Below are positions 36,364 through 47,570 of a DNA stretch of 64,000 bases, piece by piece. Source of the DNA: Squalus acanthias (taxonomy: Eukaryota); NCBI GenBank assembly GCA_030390025.1, contig CM059425.1:170874001-170938000 (forward strand). The letters run 5' to 3'. Both the position numbers and the translations under genes were made by a program. Positions within the stretch are counted from its first letter, which is position 1; every line of letters starts with the position of its first letter. Below the pieces are notes generated by a model that had not been told where the DNA came from, ran no database searches, and saw nothing but the letters and a program-made list of their open reading frames with translations.

Positions 36364-37663
36364 GGCCGCGATTTTGTCAATGGATGCGGGTTGGGAGCAG
36401 GTCAGGTGGTTTCCGGCTTTCAGTCCCGCCCCCAACTGCATCTGGCCCACAGACATGATTTTACGTTGATTGACCTTGTTAAGACCGCCCTGCGGGCTTG
36501 CTGGCCAATTAAAAGGAAGCCGGTCAGATGACGTCATTTGATGACGCGCCATCTGCCGGTTTTCTTAAAGGGACCACGCACAATTTTTTTTGATTAAAAT
36601 GTTTATTCTGCAGCCTCTAGTGTCACAAAATTGAATTTACACAATAGGTCTACTGTAGTCAATGGGCCTTGCTTATAATGTGCTCCTATAATCCAATTCT
36701 TCTGATGGAAAAATAGCAATTTGACCCACAAATCAATAACTATTGCGCAATTAGGAGACTTAAAGTCTCTTTCCAGCAATTAATTTTTTGATTGAATTTT
36801 TACTTTTTCCATATGTTGAAGGCTTGTCAAAGTGTTTTCATGTAGTGCAAGTGGTATCTCTGACACGATCTCAGAAGCTGCACATGAAAAACAAAATATT
36901 CAATGAAAAAATTAATTGCTGGAAAGCAGGTTTAATAGTCTCCATATTATTCCATAGTCATTCATTTGTGTTTGAAATTGTTACTTTTTTTATCAACAGC
37001 TGTCATAATTTTTTTTGACAGCTCATTTCTCAGTGTTTGACAGCATTGAGGTGCTGCAAACACTGACAATCACTGTATAAAGGTGAGCTCTTGCACCCAG
37101 GCTCTCCAGTGACTCCCTCCATAGTCTGGAACAGATGGCAGCTGCAGGTGAGGTGACAGGAGTGATCTGTCACTGGTGAGAGAGGTTCTCCCAATGAGGT
37201 GGCACTAGACATCGTTTTCAAAACTTGTTACCTACAGAAATGTGTAAATGCATTAAAAATGATTTTCCCAACATTTTCTTACCTCTAAGACTCACCAGTG
37301 CACCATTGGATCCTTCACACCACTTCTGCAGCTGTCATCAATGCAGAAACATTACAGCAGACTCACAACACACCACATTTACCTGGCGTGGTGTCCGGAC
37401 GTCAGGAAGCCCGAGGCAGAAGCGGCAAAATTTTAAAATAGCTTGTCAACTACTCTCAACTACCTGTTAACAGGCAGGTAATTGGCTTTAATTCTCTTCC
37501 CGCCACTAGGCATTGGGTCCATGTGCAAACCGGGGACCCGACACTTAGGAAAATTGTTTGGAGGCGGGTTGATGGCAGGATCGGACCCTGCCGTCAATCA
37601 AAACGATTTTAACCTTTGACCCGCCTCCAAACCCGCCCTCTCAGTGCCGATAAAATCACGGTC
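36364..37663. mobile_element. Harbinger MITE related to the 35091 family, carrying a 420-bp insertion
   Basis: GGCCGCGATTTT...AAAATCACGGTC; flanks tta/taa; shares ttgaccttgttaag..ccgccc..cgggctt with the 35091 and 54431 copies. Confidence 0.8.
36592..37010 (+). repeat. Direct duplicate of 38682-39101
   Basis: About 420 bp; by eye 3 substitutions and 1 T-run indel. Confidence 0.95.
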
Positions 37664-38018
37664 TAAGTGTCTATCTTTCGTGTTCCTTTTCCTACTCTAG
37701 TGCTCCTACCCCAGTGGCTGCAGCATGGCTGGTGGAAGGCTGCTGACTTTCAGTGGGGGTGACTAAAGATGGCTGCAAATGCAGATCCAGGTCCTGGGGA
37801 CAACACTCGTCACACTGACAGCTTCAGCTAACTCCTCCCACAACCTTCTGCTGTTCTCCATTCCCCTGCGGGTGGAGGACCTAATATCGCCTTTGAACCC
37901 CCAGGGCCAAGGCCTCCAGAGCTGCATCAGAAAATCTCCTCGCCCTCTCTCTTGACTGTTGGGCCATGGCTTCCTTCACACTGACAATTTCGAAACAAAG
38001 CACCTCCCCTTTAATAGT

Positions 38019-38147
38019 ATAGCAAAATACTGCAGATGCTGGAAATCTGAAACAACAACAGAAAATGCTGGAAACACTCAGCAGGCCAGGCAGCATCCGT
38101 GGAGAGAGAAACAGAGTTAACGTTTCAGGTCGGAGACCCTTCTTCAG
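38019..38147 (-). mobile_element. Solo Penelope pLTR/hammerhead unit, 129 bp
   Basis: 14-bp TSD tcccctttaatagt (38005-38018 and 38148-38161). Minus strand begins CTGAAGA-a-gggtc-tcc-gacct-GAAA-cgttaact. Confidence 0.88.
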
Positions 38148-39204
38148 TCCCCTTTAATAGTGCTGAGAGCCTAGGCCAAACTTAATTGGCCAGAATACTG
38201 CACCCGATATTGTCCACACCCCCCCCCCACCCCCCACCCCCATTCAGCATTAAGCCAATCAGTAGCACGTTTAACACTGAGATCAGCGCTGCAATCTTTA
38301 TAATGAGTAGGCAGCATGAATTTTGCGTGCTGCCTGCACCACTTTGAATGGGCGCAGGCACATTGCGCTTCACGCTGCCCGCGCCCGTTTTCGGGCCATG
38401 TCCAATTTCTAGGCCTATATATTTAAAAAATAAATATTTTGTTCCTTGCTCAATTCTGATGCAAAAAGTAAGCTACTTTGACAGTCTCATTCTATTTTTT
38501 TGTTTTCGATTGTTCTGTTTAACCAGATTAATTTTACTTCGATCAATTCATATCCAAATCCCAAGAAGAGAGATAATCTGGAACCCCAGATGTAATTTCT
38601 AAAGTTGTATTTGGAAAATAAAACAGACCATCAAAAGCTGACTTTGATGATCTCTTTATTTTTCCACAGGAATTGATCTCAGATTAAAATGTTTATTCTG
38701 CAGCCTCTAGTGTCACAAAATCGAATTTACACAATAGGTCTACTGTAGTCAATGGGCCTTGCTTATAATGTGCTCCTATAATCCAATTCTTCTGATGGAA
38801 AAATAGCAATTTGACCCACAAATCAATAACTATTGCGCAATTAGGAGACTTAAAGTCTCTTTCCAGCAATTAATTTTTTGATTGAATTTTTACTTTTTCC
38901 ATATGTTGAAGGCTTGTCAAAGTGTTTTCATGTAGTGCAAGTGGTATCTCTGACACGATCTCAGAAGCTGCACATGAAAAACAAAATATTCAATGAAAAA
39001 ATTAAGTGCTGGAAAGCAGGTTTAATAGTCTCCATATTATTCCACAGTCATTCATTTGTGTTTGAAATTGTTACTTTTTTTTATCAACAGCTGTCATAAT
39101 TGGGTTGATCTATTGCCAGCAGGTGGATCCTGCTCACCGTGTGGCTCTCGTGACAGATTTTGGATGGTTCACGAGCACTGCTTTAGGATGAGGGTTTTCT
39201 CTGT

Positions 39205-39385
39205 CTCAAAGTTAGCTTTCTGCTTTCCCTCATTCTGTACTTGCTTATAAACTGTTAAATCTCTAACTTCTTCCAGTTCTGATGAAAGTTCATCAACCTG
39301 AAACATTAACTCTGTTTCTCTCTCCACATATGCTGTCGAACCAGTTAAGTGTTTCCAGCATTTTCTGTTACCTTTCTGCTTTGTT
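39205..39385 (+). mobile_element. Older Penelope pLTR fragment with decayed hammerhead
   Basis: agtt-CTGATGA-aagttcatcaacct-GAAA-cattaactctgtttctctctcc. Confidence 0.7.
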
Positions 39386-40039
39386 CTCCACATTTCTCAA
39401 TTGGTGTCCAAATTATAACACCAAGCAATATTTTTAGCAGGATGACAAAAGCTCTGGGCAACAGAAGGCAAGGCAGAACGACAGTGTCTGTGGGCAAGCA
39501 GCAATGTATAGTAGGGTGGCATCAGCAAATAATCAGCGATGAACAGTATGATCGCATCAGTGGGAAACAGAAGTGGGCAGGATAATATCACTTGTCTACT
39601 CAAAGTAACTAAGCAGGATGGCAACAATTGTAGGCAAAGGATCAGACCATATGTGACTGTGAACAAAAGCAAAACAAATAGAAAATTGGCATTTGACGGC
39701 AAAAGGGCAGGATGGTTGAGTCCTTGGGTGAGAGAAAGTATGTGTGCTGTGGATATTTTTAGACTCTCACCACATGTTACCACTAACATGTTCATGAACT
39801 GCCACATTTTCTACTTAATATACAATGTCCAAGCTAAACTCTTCAGTCCCTTTCTCTCTTGCCCCGTCGACATTACTTTCTCTCTTTCTCCCTCCTGTCC
39901 ACTTTGCATTCACTTTCTCTCATTTAAGGATTTGCCTTATGTAGGTCATTACCAGCAACAATTCCAGAGTGGAGGAATTAGTCCCTAAAATCTATGTTGG
40001 AAACTAATAATCTTTGTTCACTATGGACATCTGATTCAG

Positions 40040-40880
40040 TATACATAACACTGCTGTTTGTGAGCATTGTTCGATTATTGCAAAAATTGGGTGTCAATAA
40101 TATTTCCAATAATCTAACAACCTTCATAAGGCAAATAATGAGTAACTGCTGACAGAAACTAGATGCAGCTCTACCTCATCATGCACGCAGAAGCACTGTA
40201 GGAAAAAAATTCAATGATGTTATCAGGTCACTAAACGATGAGAATCCACATACATTATTGCAATATACCAAGTATACTTGGCACTTACAATTACCTACTC
40301 CTCACACAGTCGTAATGTACTATCAAACCTAAATAGTAATACCCATCAAGTGGTGGAATGCCCTTTACACCCACAGCACTCATCTGGAAATGTTCCTTCA
40401 CTCACATCCTTACAAGCATTCAGCCTAAAGGAATCCTCCCAACTACTGTAACTGAATGTTCCATGTACATGTGGTCACAACCACTGCGATCTGCATGCTG
40501 ACACCTGGGTATTGCTGCATGTCATTCTTAACAACTGGAACTTCTCACTTTTGCATTTCATACAGATAATTCATATCTGTCACTTCATATGAGAAGTCAT
40601 CCAAATCAATTAAAAGGAGGCTATAAAGAGTGCCAGAGATGGGAGGAGGACAACCACCAGTTCAGGGCATAATACCAACTACTGCTCTTCTATTGAGGAG
40701 GTATATGAAGGCTGCTCATCAAGGCACTGTTGTAATCTAAGTTTCTCTTCTCTTCCCTAGATGTTCCAAACAATGGTGAGACAGTTGTCATGAAATGAGG
40801 GCACCCTCAATCCCAAGAGACCTCTATTGACACAACAACTGAACACCACCTCACTCTTACCACTGAGGTAGTAGCTAAGC
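40040..40880 (+). mobile_element. Ancient Harbinger Myb-ORF remnant
   Basis: tgtaggaaaaaaattcaatgatgttatcagg reads approximately CRKKFNDVIR (SANT motif). Confidence 0.45.
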
Positions 40881-40959
40881 AAATCACAGCAGAAAAGGTG
40901 ATATTTTGCACGCTGTCATCAAGGTAAAGTGCCGTTGCAGAAGAGAGTAAGCACACATA

Positions 40960-42479
40960 GGCCGGAATTTTCCGGCGCGATCGGTGGCAGGTCGGGTGGG
41001 AAAGTTGTTATTTTTGACAGGGGGTCGGGAACCCGCTGTCATCTCACTCCCAGGTGCCTTTCCCCCAGGTGCGTCTGTCATCACGGAGTCGACCCGACCG
41101 GCAGCGGCGGGCGACCCAATTGAAATAATTATCAGGTAGTTTACAGGCACTTAAGAGCCTTTTTCCACTTACTTTTTAAATTTCTCTGCATGGCCACGGG
41201 ATTCACACAGCTCGGGAACCATGTCTGTCAACCTGAGGCGGGAGTTCCGTGGCCATTGTTCCAGCTGATTACTTGACAGCATCAAATGTACAGTAAAAAC
41301 TCCGACCTCACAGCTGATCACTTTCCTCAGGCAGAAGCTGTTGCTCAGTCCACTTCCAGCACAGATTCTGCAGGCTGCAAGTGTTTCCAGCAAAGTCTCC
41401 ATCCAGTGTCACCTCATTGGAAGAACTCTCTCACCATTGACAGAATACTTCTGTCATCTGTGCTTCACCTGCCATCTATTCCATCAACATGGGTGCCATT
41501 TATACTGTCTCACCTTGGTCCTCAGAATCGGACCACGATGAGCCCCAACACCAGCAGCACCAGGCACACCAGCAGCACCAACAACAACACCAACCTTCCA
41601 CCTGCACAGGACACAGGGCATCAGCACCCAAGCACACTGCTGCCCGGGAGGCTAGGGATGACCGTATCATGGTCAGATTTACTTCACTTGACACTGTACA
41701 CCCTGGCTGCCACATGATGTGCCAGGTTGGCACCATCCCACACCAACACCATAAAGCATCCCTACAATTCCCAAGCCATTCCTTTCATACTCATCATCAT
41801 TGTGGGGGGTACCGTTTTGTCTCACCATTCACTGCAACTCACTAAGCCACTTCCAAAGATGCACACAAATCTGTCCAAGACCGGAAAGTGTTGAAAATAA
41901 AGATTTTTATGTTTGACACCACATCAACAGAAACTTGACATAAACATTGGATGAAACACCCAAGTGGCTTCCCTTGTGTGTTGTTAGTTGGTATGATTGC
42001 ACTAGGATGAGGGTGAGTGTGAGGGGTGGCGAGTGAGATGGGGATGTGATAATGTAGATAGAGAGGGATGGGTGGAGGTGCAAGGAAAGTTGGTGTGAGT
42101 AAGGATGTGCAGGAGTAGGTTAGGGAGGGCAGAGTGATGGGGATGTGATGACAGGCACAGAAGGATGCAGTTGAGTGTGGCTTTGTACCAACGTTTCCTG
42201 ATCTAATGAGGTCATTGAAAGGTTTGCGGCACTGCACCCAGGTCCTCCTGACCACATCCTCTGCAATCTGCAACCAGGCTACTTTGGTCTCCTGGTGGGT
42301 CTCTTCCGCCCATCGGAAGGGAAGACGACCTCCCTGCGTGCTCTGACTCCCTCCATAAGCATAATAGGCCCCATTAAGGTAAATTCATTTTCAACAGCAG
42401 GATGGAGCCAGCAGCGGGGTCACAACCCTCCATGGACACCGCCCGCACCGGACCCGGCGAGGTAAGCAAAATTCCAGCC
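40960..42479. mobile_element. Non-autonomous Harbinger derivative with Myb exon remnant on minus
   Basis: TIRs GGCCGGAATTTT and AAAATTCCAGCC; perfect TSD ata/ata; QIAEDVVRRTWVQCRKPFNDLIRS. Confidence 0.85.
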
Positions 42480-43439
42480 ATAGTGATTAGAAATGTAAAA
42501 TATTTTTGCATTACAGATGTTGTTTATGCAGAGAGTATTTTTGCAAGATGATGGAGCAGGTTTACTCAGTTGGCATGAATAGCAGATTTGTTAGCTGTGT
42601 TAAATAGTGAAGGCATCATGGATAAAGACAGATGTGCAGAGGGCATGGGACTATTAATGTAATGTACCCGGTCTCAGACAAGGAGAAGATCTCCTGTGTG
42701 AGCACAAATCTTTCTAGCTGTGTGGATCAATTTTTAACCCACACCATCCAGCAGGAATGGGATGGCATGGTGGTACCTTTAAAATGGAGCTTTCTGTCTT
42801 ACCGCCCCGTAATACGGCTGAATACGTTTACAGCATTTCTCAGGAGATTCTGCCCATTTCCCGCCAAAGCTTCAGTGAGAGATCAGGAGAATTTCCAGAC
42901 CACTAACTCCATTTTTGAACCAATGGAAAAATTGAACTTCCATCTGCAGTAGCAATTGATAACTGAATGTTTAATTTTTTAATAGATATTCTCTTTTGGG
43001 TTCAGCATCTATGGCAGTGGGCACTGAGCCAGGCAGTGAGCCAATAAACTATCATTACAAAGCTCATTAATTCATCAGAAAATCAAGCACAGTGTGTACC
43101 GGAATTTCCAATATGCTCTCTGGGTAGGCGAGGCTCCCAGCTGGAATGCCAAGTTGGAAATTACCCCTCTAGTCCTTTCCTGAGAAGCCAGCACCCAAAA
43201 GCCCACACTTCCTGGTAATCCCAATCGTCATCTGAAAGGAGAATGGCAGCCATGATAGAAGCAAATTGTTTGTTGCTGCATTTGGTGAGGAGTTTGTTAT
43301 ATTAGTGCCCTCTCTGAGCTGGACTTATAGTCAACATGAGCACAGGCGCTTTAAGAGAAATTACAGTGTGAGCCATTTCAATTGGATCCACCCTCCATTA
43401 ATTAGCTTAATTGGCATTTTCATGACAGCTTGTACCGAC

Positions 43440-44430
43440 ACAGTTAGGATGCCATAACTGGGACTAATGGAGGAGTAGTGTCTAAGGACTTTGAAAGTCT
43501 CCAGAGTGGCAATTATTAAACTGTGTCAAATGGTTGAAGATGACCCGCAGTGAACTTCTGTAATCAAAACTGTTCTCCTGTGGCTGTGAAGGTTGTAGCT
43601 GCTCTGACGTTTTTGACTATTGCCTCATTTCAATCATCTGGCAGTGAACACAGTTATCGTCTAGAGAACAATGTCCGCCTCCATCCACAATATGCTGATG
43701 CACTGCTCCAGAGGGATCAAAGAAGCATCCATTTTCACAGCGGTGAAGAAGAAAAACAGCAAACAAACGACATAAACGCATTAGTCAAAAATGTATTAAC
43801 AGTATTAACAGTAAGGAAAAAAATGTGATAAATTCTTCAGTTTAGATCTTTCCAGTAAACAGTGAGCCAGGCTATCTGAGTGGTAAAATGTGCACCAGTT
43901 CATCGATTGGTTCTTTCCCCATTTCCAAGGAAGGGCATACAGCTGATAAACACTTCTCCATTTCATGCCATGTTGACATGACAACTGTTTCATTGTTGCT
44001 TTCCTCGCTGTCATTTTCTGATTTAATTTCACTTCTAATGTCTGAGCTCACTGCAAATCCCAGCACGTCCCAGGCTCGGCAACATGTTGAATTCAGTGCC
44101 ACACCAGTTGGTGGTCGGGCATTGTCATGCACTAGAGGCGCAGCAGCATTGTTTTCATCATGTGCTTGATCATTCAGAGCAGTGCCTTTATAAAATCAGT
44201 TTGCAATGCATAGCTACGAGGCTACCCCCCAAGCAGTAACAATCATGTGTACTGCATTTACTAAGTCAACATGCCTAGCAATGTCCAGTGTCATCACTGT
44301 GTCAATCAATGACTTCAATCACTTTATTGTGAAGGCAGTGTTTTTTGAATTTTTTATGATCCTCTGTTCCATTGGCTGTGCTAAGCATGTTGTGTTTGTG
44401 GGTATAAACAACACTTCTTATGTGTGAAGG
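43440..44430. mobile_element. Ancient Harbinger remnant (transposase on plus, probable Myb C-terminal part on minus)
   Basis: PVAVKVVAALTFLTIASFQ resembles PVALKVTVALNFFATGSFQ at ~34490. Confidence 0.55.
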
Positions 44431-44837
44431 TTCACCATTTCAAATAATTCAAAGGTTGGTGCTCAGAGAGAAGAACAATAAAACATAGGCTCCTTTTATA
44501 TCCACTGCAGGTCAATCAGTTCTAATTGCCTTTTATAGATGTTTCCATGAGCTGTGAAATTCCTTCTTGGCAGTGAAACATTAAAGGAAATCACTCCAAA
44601 ATTGATCTTTACTATCAAACACCCATTGATCATTATATAACTGAGTGCAAGCACACTAGTATAAATAGGAAATGGCTTTGGAAAGTCTGATTTGATCAAT
44701 AAGTCCGACAGATCGCTATGACTGGTGATGCTAGTAGGTGATGCTCTAATAGAAGTTTCAATGTTAATTTTGTGACTTGCCTGTCACGCCTCCCCGACAT
44801 ATCACCACATGGTGCTGAATCTTCCACTCAAAAGTAA

Positions 44838-44950
44838 GAAAAGGATGGTTAGAGAAATAGAAGAAGAAAGAGAGAGAAGTGAAGAGTAAGAAAGAGAATC
44901 AGCTGAGAAGAGAAAGAGACAAAAGCCAAAGAGAAGAGAGAGAGAGAGAA
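44838..44950 (+). repeat. GA-rich low-complexity tract
   Basis: Purine-rich run with (GA)n. Confidence 0.7.
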
Positions 44951-45558
44951 CAGTGCCATGAAGACAATAGAGACAGGTATGAGAAAGACCATATTCACCA
45001 ACTTACCACAGCGCATCCACGAGTAATATATTGGGGGTAATTTTCACCTTTGATGCCTGGGCAATAATGTGATGGAGTGGATCACTTGCCTGATGTAGAA
45101 CCTGCCCGATTGTCATCCCATTGAAATGAAGGTGAAACGGTATCCGATTGTGTTTAGTGCGCACTTCCTGTTTGTTACACTTACCTCCTGTGTTATGATT
45201 TTGGAATGCTTGGGGTAACGCCACGGTATTACTATCTGTACGTACGATTATACTCACATTTCACTCCTCCAGATGCCAGGTGGGACTGCTGCTCCTTTGA
45301 GCTCTATCGCCCAGGCCTATTTCACTAGGTGGCCCTGCAGGTAAGTTTTATTTATATTTTAGTTCAATCTAATTCCCTGGGACAAGTAAATACAGGTAAG
45401 AACTTTAAGTTCATGCAAGTAACAATTTTAAGTTGATTTAACCCACCCATCCCATTCTCCCTTCTTCTTGAGCCACTGACCTCCCACCCTGGCCACCCCA
45501 TTCTCCCAGGGCCTTTGGCCTCTTCCTCACCCACTCTGGACTTTAAAAAAAGTAAAGA

Positions 45559-45860
45559 CATAGAAACATAGAAACATTGAAACTAGGAGCAGGAGTAGGC
45601 CATTCGGCCCGTCGAGCCTGCTCCACCATTCAATACGATCATGGCTGATCATCCAAATCCAGTACCCTGTCCCTGCTTTCTCACACCGAATCCCCACATC
45701 GAGCCTGCACCTATCCCACCCTATCCCCGTAACCCCACGTATTTAATTCCCCCTAACATATCCCATCCTATCCCCATAACCCCACATATTTAATCCCCCC
45801 CTAACACTAAGGGTCAATTTATCATAGCCAAATCAACCTAACCCGCACATTTTTGGACTA
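45559..45860 (-). mobile_element. CR1-type tail plus V-SINE (HE1-like) 3' fragment
   Basis: CR1-like tail at 45559-45680; taagggtcaatttatcatagccaaatcaacctaacccgcacatttttggact resembles antisense shark V-SINE; internal ~45-bp tandem duplication. Confidence 0.55.
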
Positions 45861-46079
45861 ATTAAAATTAACTAATTAGTTAAAGGAATATATATAATGA
45901 TCAAGGCCAATGATTTACAGTTTCCACTCAAATATCAACACAAGCCTGGATTTTGATCCTGAAATTACTATCTAAACTCCCACAATACTTTGTAATAACA
46001 ACACAATTTAATTTATTCCATCGTTGTAAATCAGTGGTGCTGGTAATATATTGTATGTTACAAGGGGTAACTCAGTAGC

Positions 46080-47160
46080 GCTGATCTTCCTCTCCCAGCG
46101 CTATCCAGGAGCAATTAGTGCTGCTCACCAGAAGTATGTCCTGCAGGGACCAAGAACTGAGCTCCGGATTGTTCTCTGGGGCCTCATTTCAATTCAGCAG
46201 GTGTGCACCAGGCCCACATGGGGATGCACTGCTCGCCACAACCATGAACCGAAGAGGAAGTCAGGGCATTAGTAGAGGTAGTCGGAACGCGAAAGGAATA
46301 GGCACAATGGAAGCCCCAGGAAAGAGATATCAAGCTTTTTCTAGTGCATTGAATTTTCTAGTGCATTGAACAGTTGATATTAAAAATGCCAACTGCAGAT
46401 GAGTTTTGTACAGTGCTGAACTTAATGACAGACAGCCAAAAGTTTTTATTTTCAGTTCTGCCGTCTTTTCCTTTCGTGAAACAGGACATCCCCTGCCAAC
46501 GTGTGCATGCTTCCGTGCCATTGGAAGGGTGGGCAGCAGCAACCAAAGCAGAAGTGTGGGCTCTCCAGCAGTCTGCCTTGGAGGGTGTTGGTGAAAGGGC
46601 AGCATCATAGCAATAATCAGCACACGCGGGGATACACACACATACATATATTTGTTTAGATAAAGAAATGCAGTGTTCATTATTATTTTAGAGCTTTTTG
46701 AATACAAGGGGGAAAAGAAGTGCAGGATCAAAAATTGAGAGTATTGGAATAGAAGCAGGATGATAGTTTCACTGTAAGGAAATTCTTTTTATTGAAGACA
46801 GGATTTACGATTTGATAGTTTGATTAAAAGGATTTTTATTCAAGAGGGCTGTATTCGTGAATCGGTCAGCGGGAGGGAGAATTCCTGTGAGTAGTTAGGA
46901 GAGAGTTTATATCTCAGGAGAAAGTGTCTTGAATTAAGGCCAGACAGGTGTTTCTTGCAGCTCTCAAGCCTCCTCGTGATACCTGCTCCTCCTCTGGGTC
47001 GGAGTCTTGCTCCTCCTCTCTCAGTTCCTCCACAGGGTTTTCTTTCTATTGCTGCAGCTGGATTTCTCTCCCAATGCCAAATTATGACGGCAGCAGACAA
47101 CAATGACACGGGAAACCTTGGCTGGAGAGCACAGCAGTGCCGTGAAGGTTGAGGTAGTGG
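46080..47160. mobile_element. Ancient Harbinger remnant (transposase C-terminus on minus)
   Basis: Minus strand ~46940-47140 reads ALLCSPAKVSRVIVVCCRHNLALG, a HARBI1-type C-terminal motif. Confidence 0.55.
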
Positions 47161-47570
47161 AACAATTGCTTTAAGATTGCAATTGTTAGTGCTTAGTGAT
47201 GGTCCTAGTTATAGAATGAGTGTCATTTTATAAATGTTCAGATGCTGTATTAGTATTCCATGTAGAGGGGTCATAAACTAGGGTGTAAGGGGGTACTCCC
47301 AATCCTCTAGGAGCCAGCCCTTCACAACAAAGGGATCTTCAAAAACACAAGAAATATGGGGGGGCGGGGGATGTGGGGATAGTGTGTTCTCTCACTCTAT
47401 TGGACACTTGTGGGCAGGACTGTTTATGCATTGTGCTAAAAGGCACATTAGTGAAGGTCTTATTGATTAGAGCCTGCCTTAAGCCACTTCCTGTCTACAA
47501 CTGGGGTTCAGGAGGCATGTTTTCAGGTTTGTTATCAGTGTCCACCTCTGCCAATGAGCCTCCTCTTCCA

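Larger units (their letters stand above)
33718..38415. mobile_element. Harbinger transposon (decayed autonomous type) with nested MITEs
   Basis: TIRs GGCAGGGAAATTGGAC and GTCCAATTTCTAGGCC; flanks tac/tat. Transposase on plus; convergent Myb start MAQQSRERARRFSDAALEAL on minus at ~37967. Confidence 0.85.

Noticed and set aside
38650..38710. Possible terminal coding exon after the acceptor tttttccacag
   Set aside because: Only a few codons to a stop in each frame examined, and no upstream partner exon identified.
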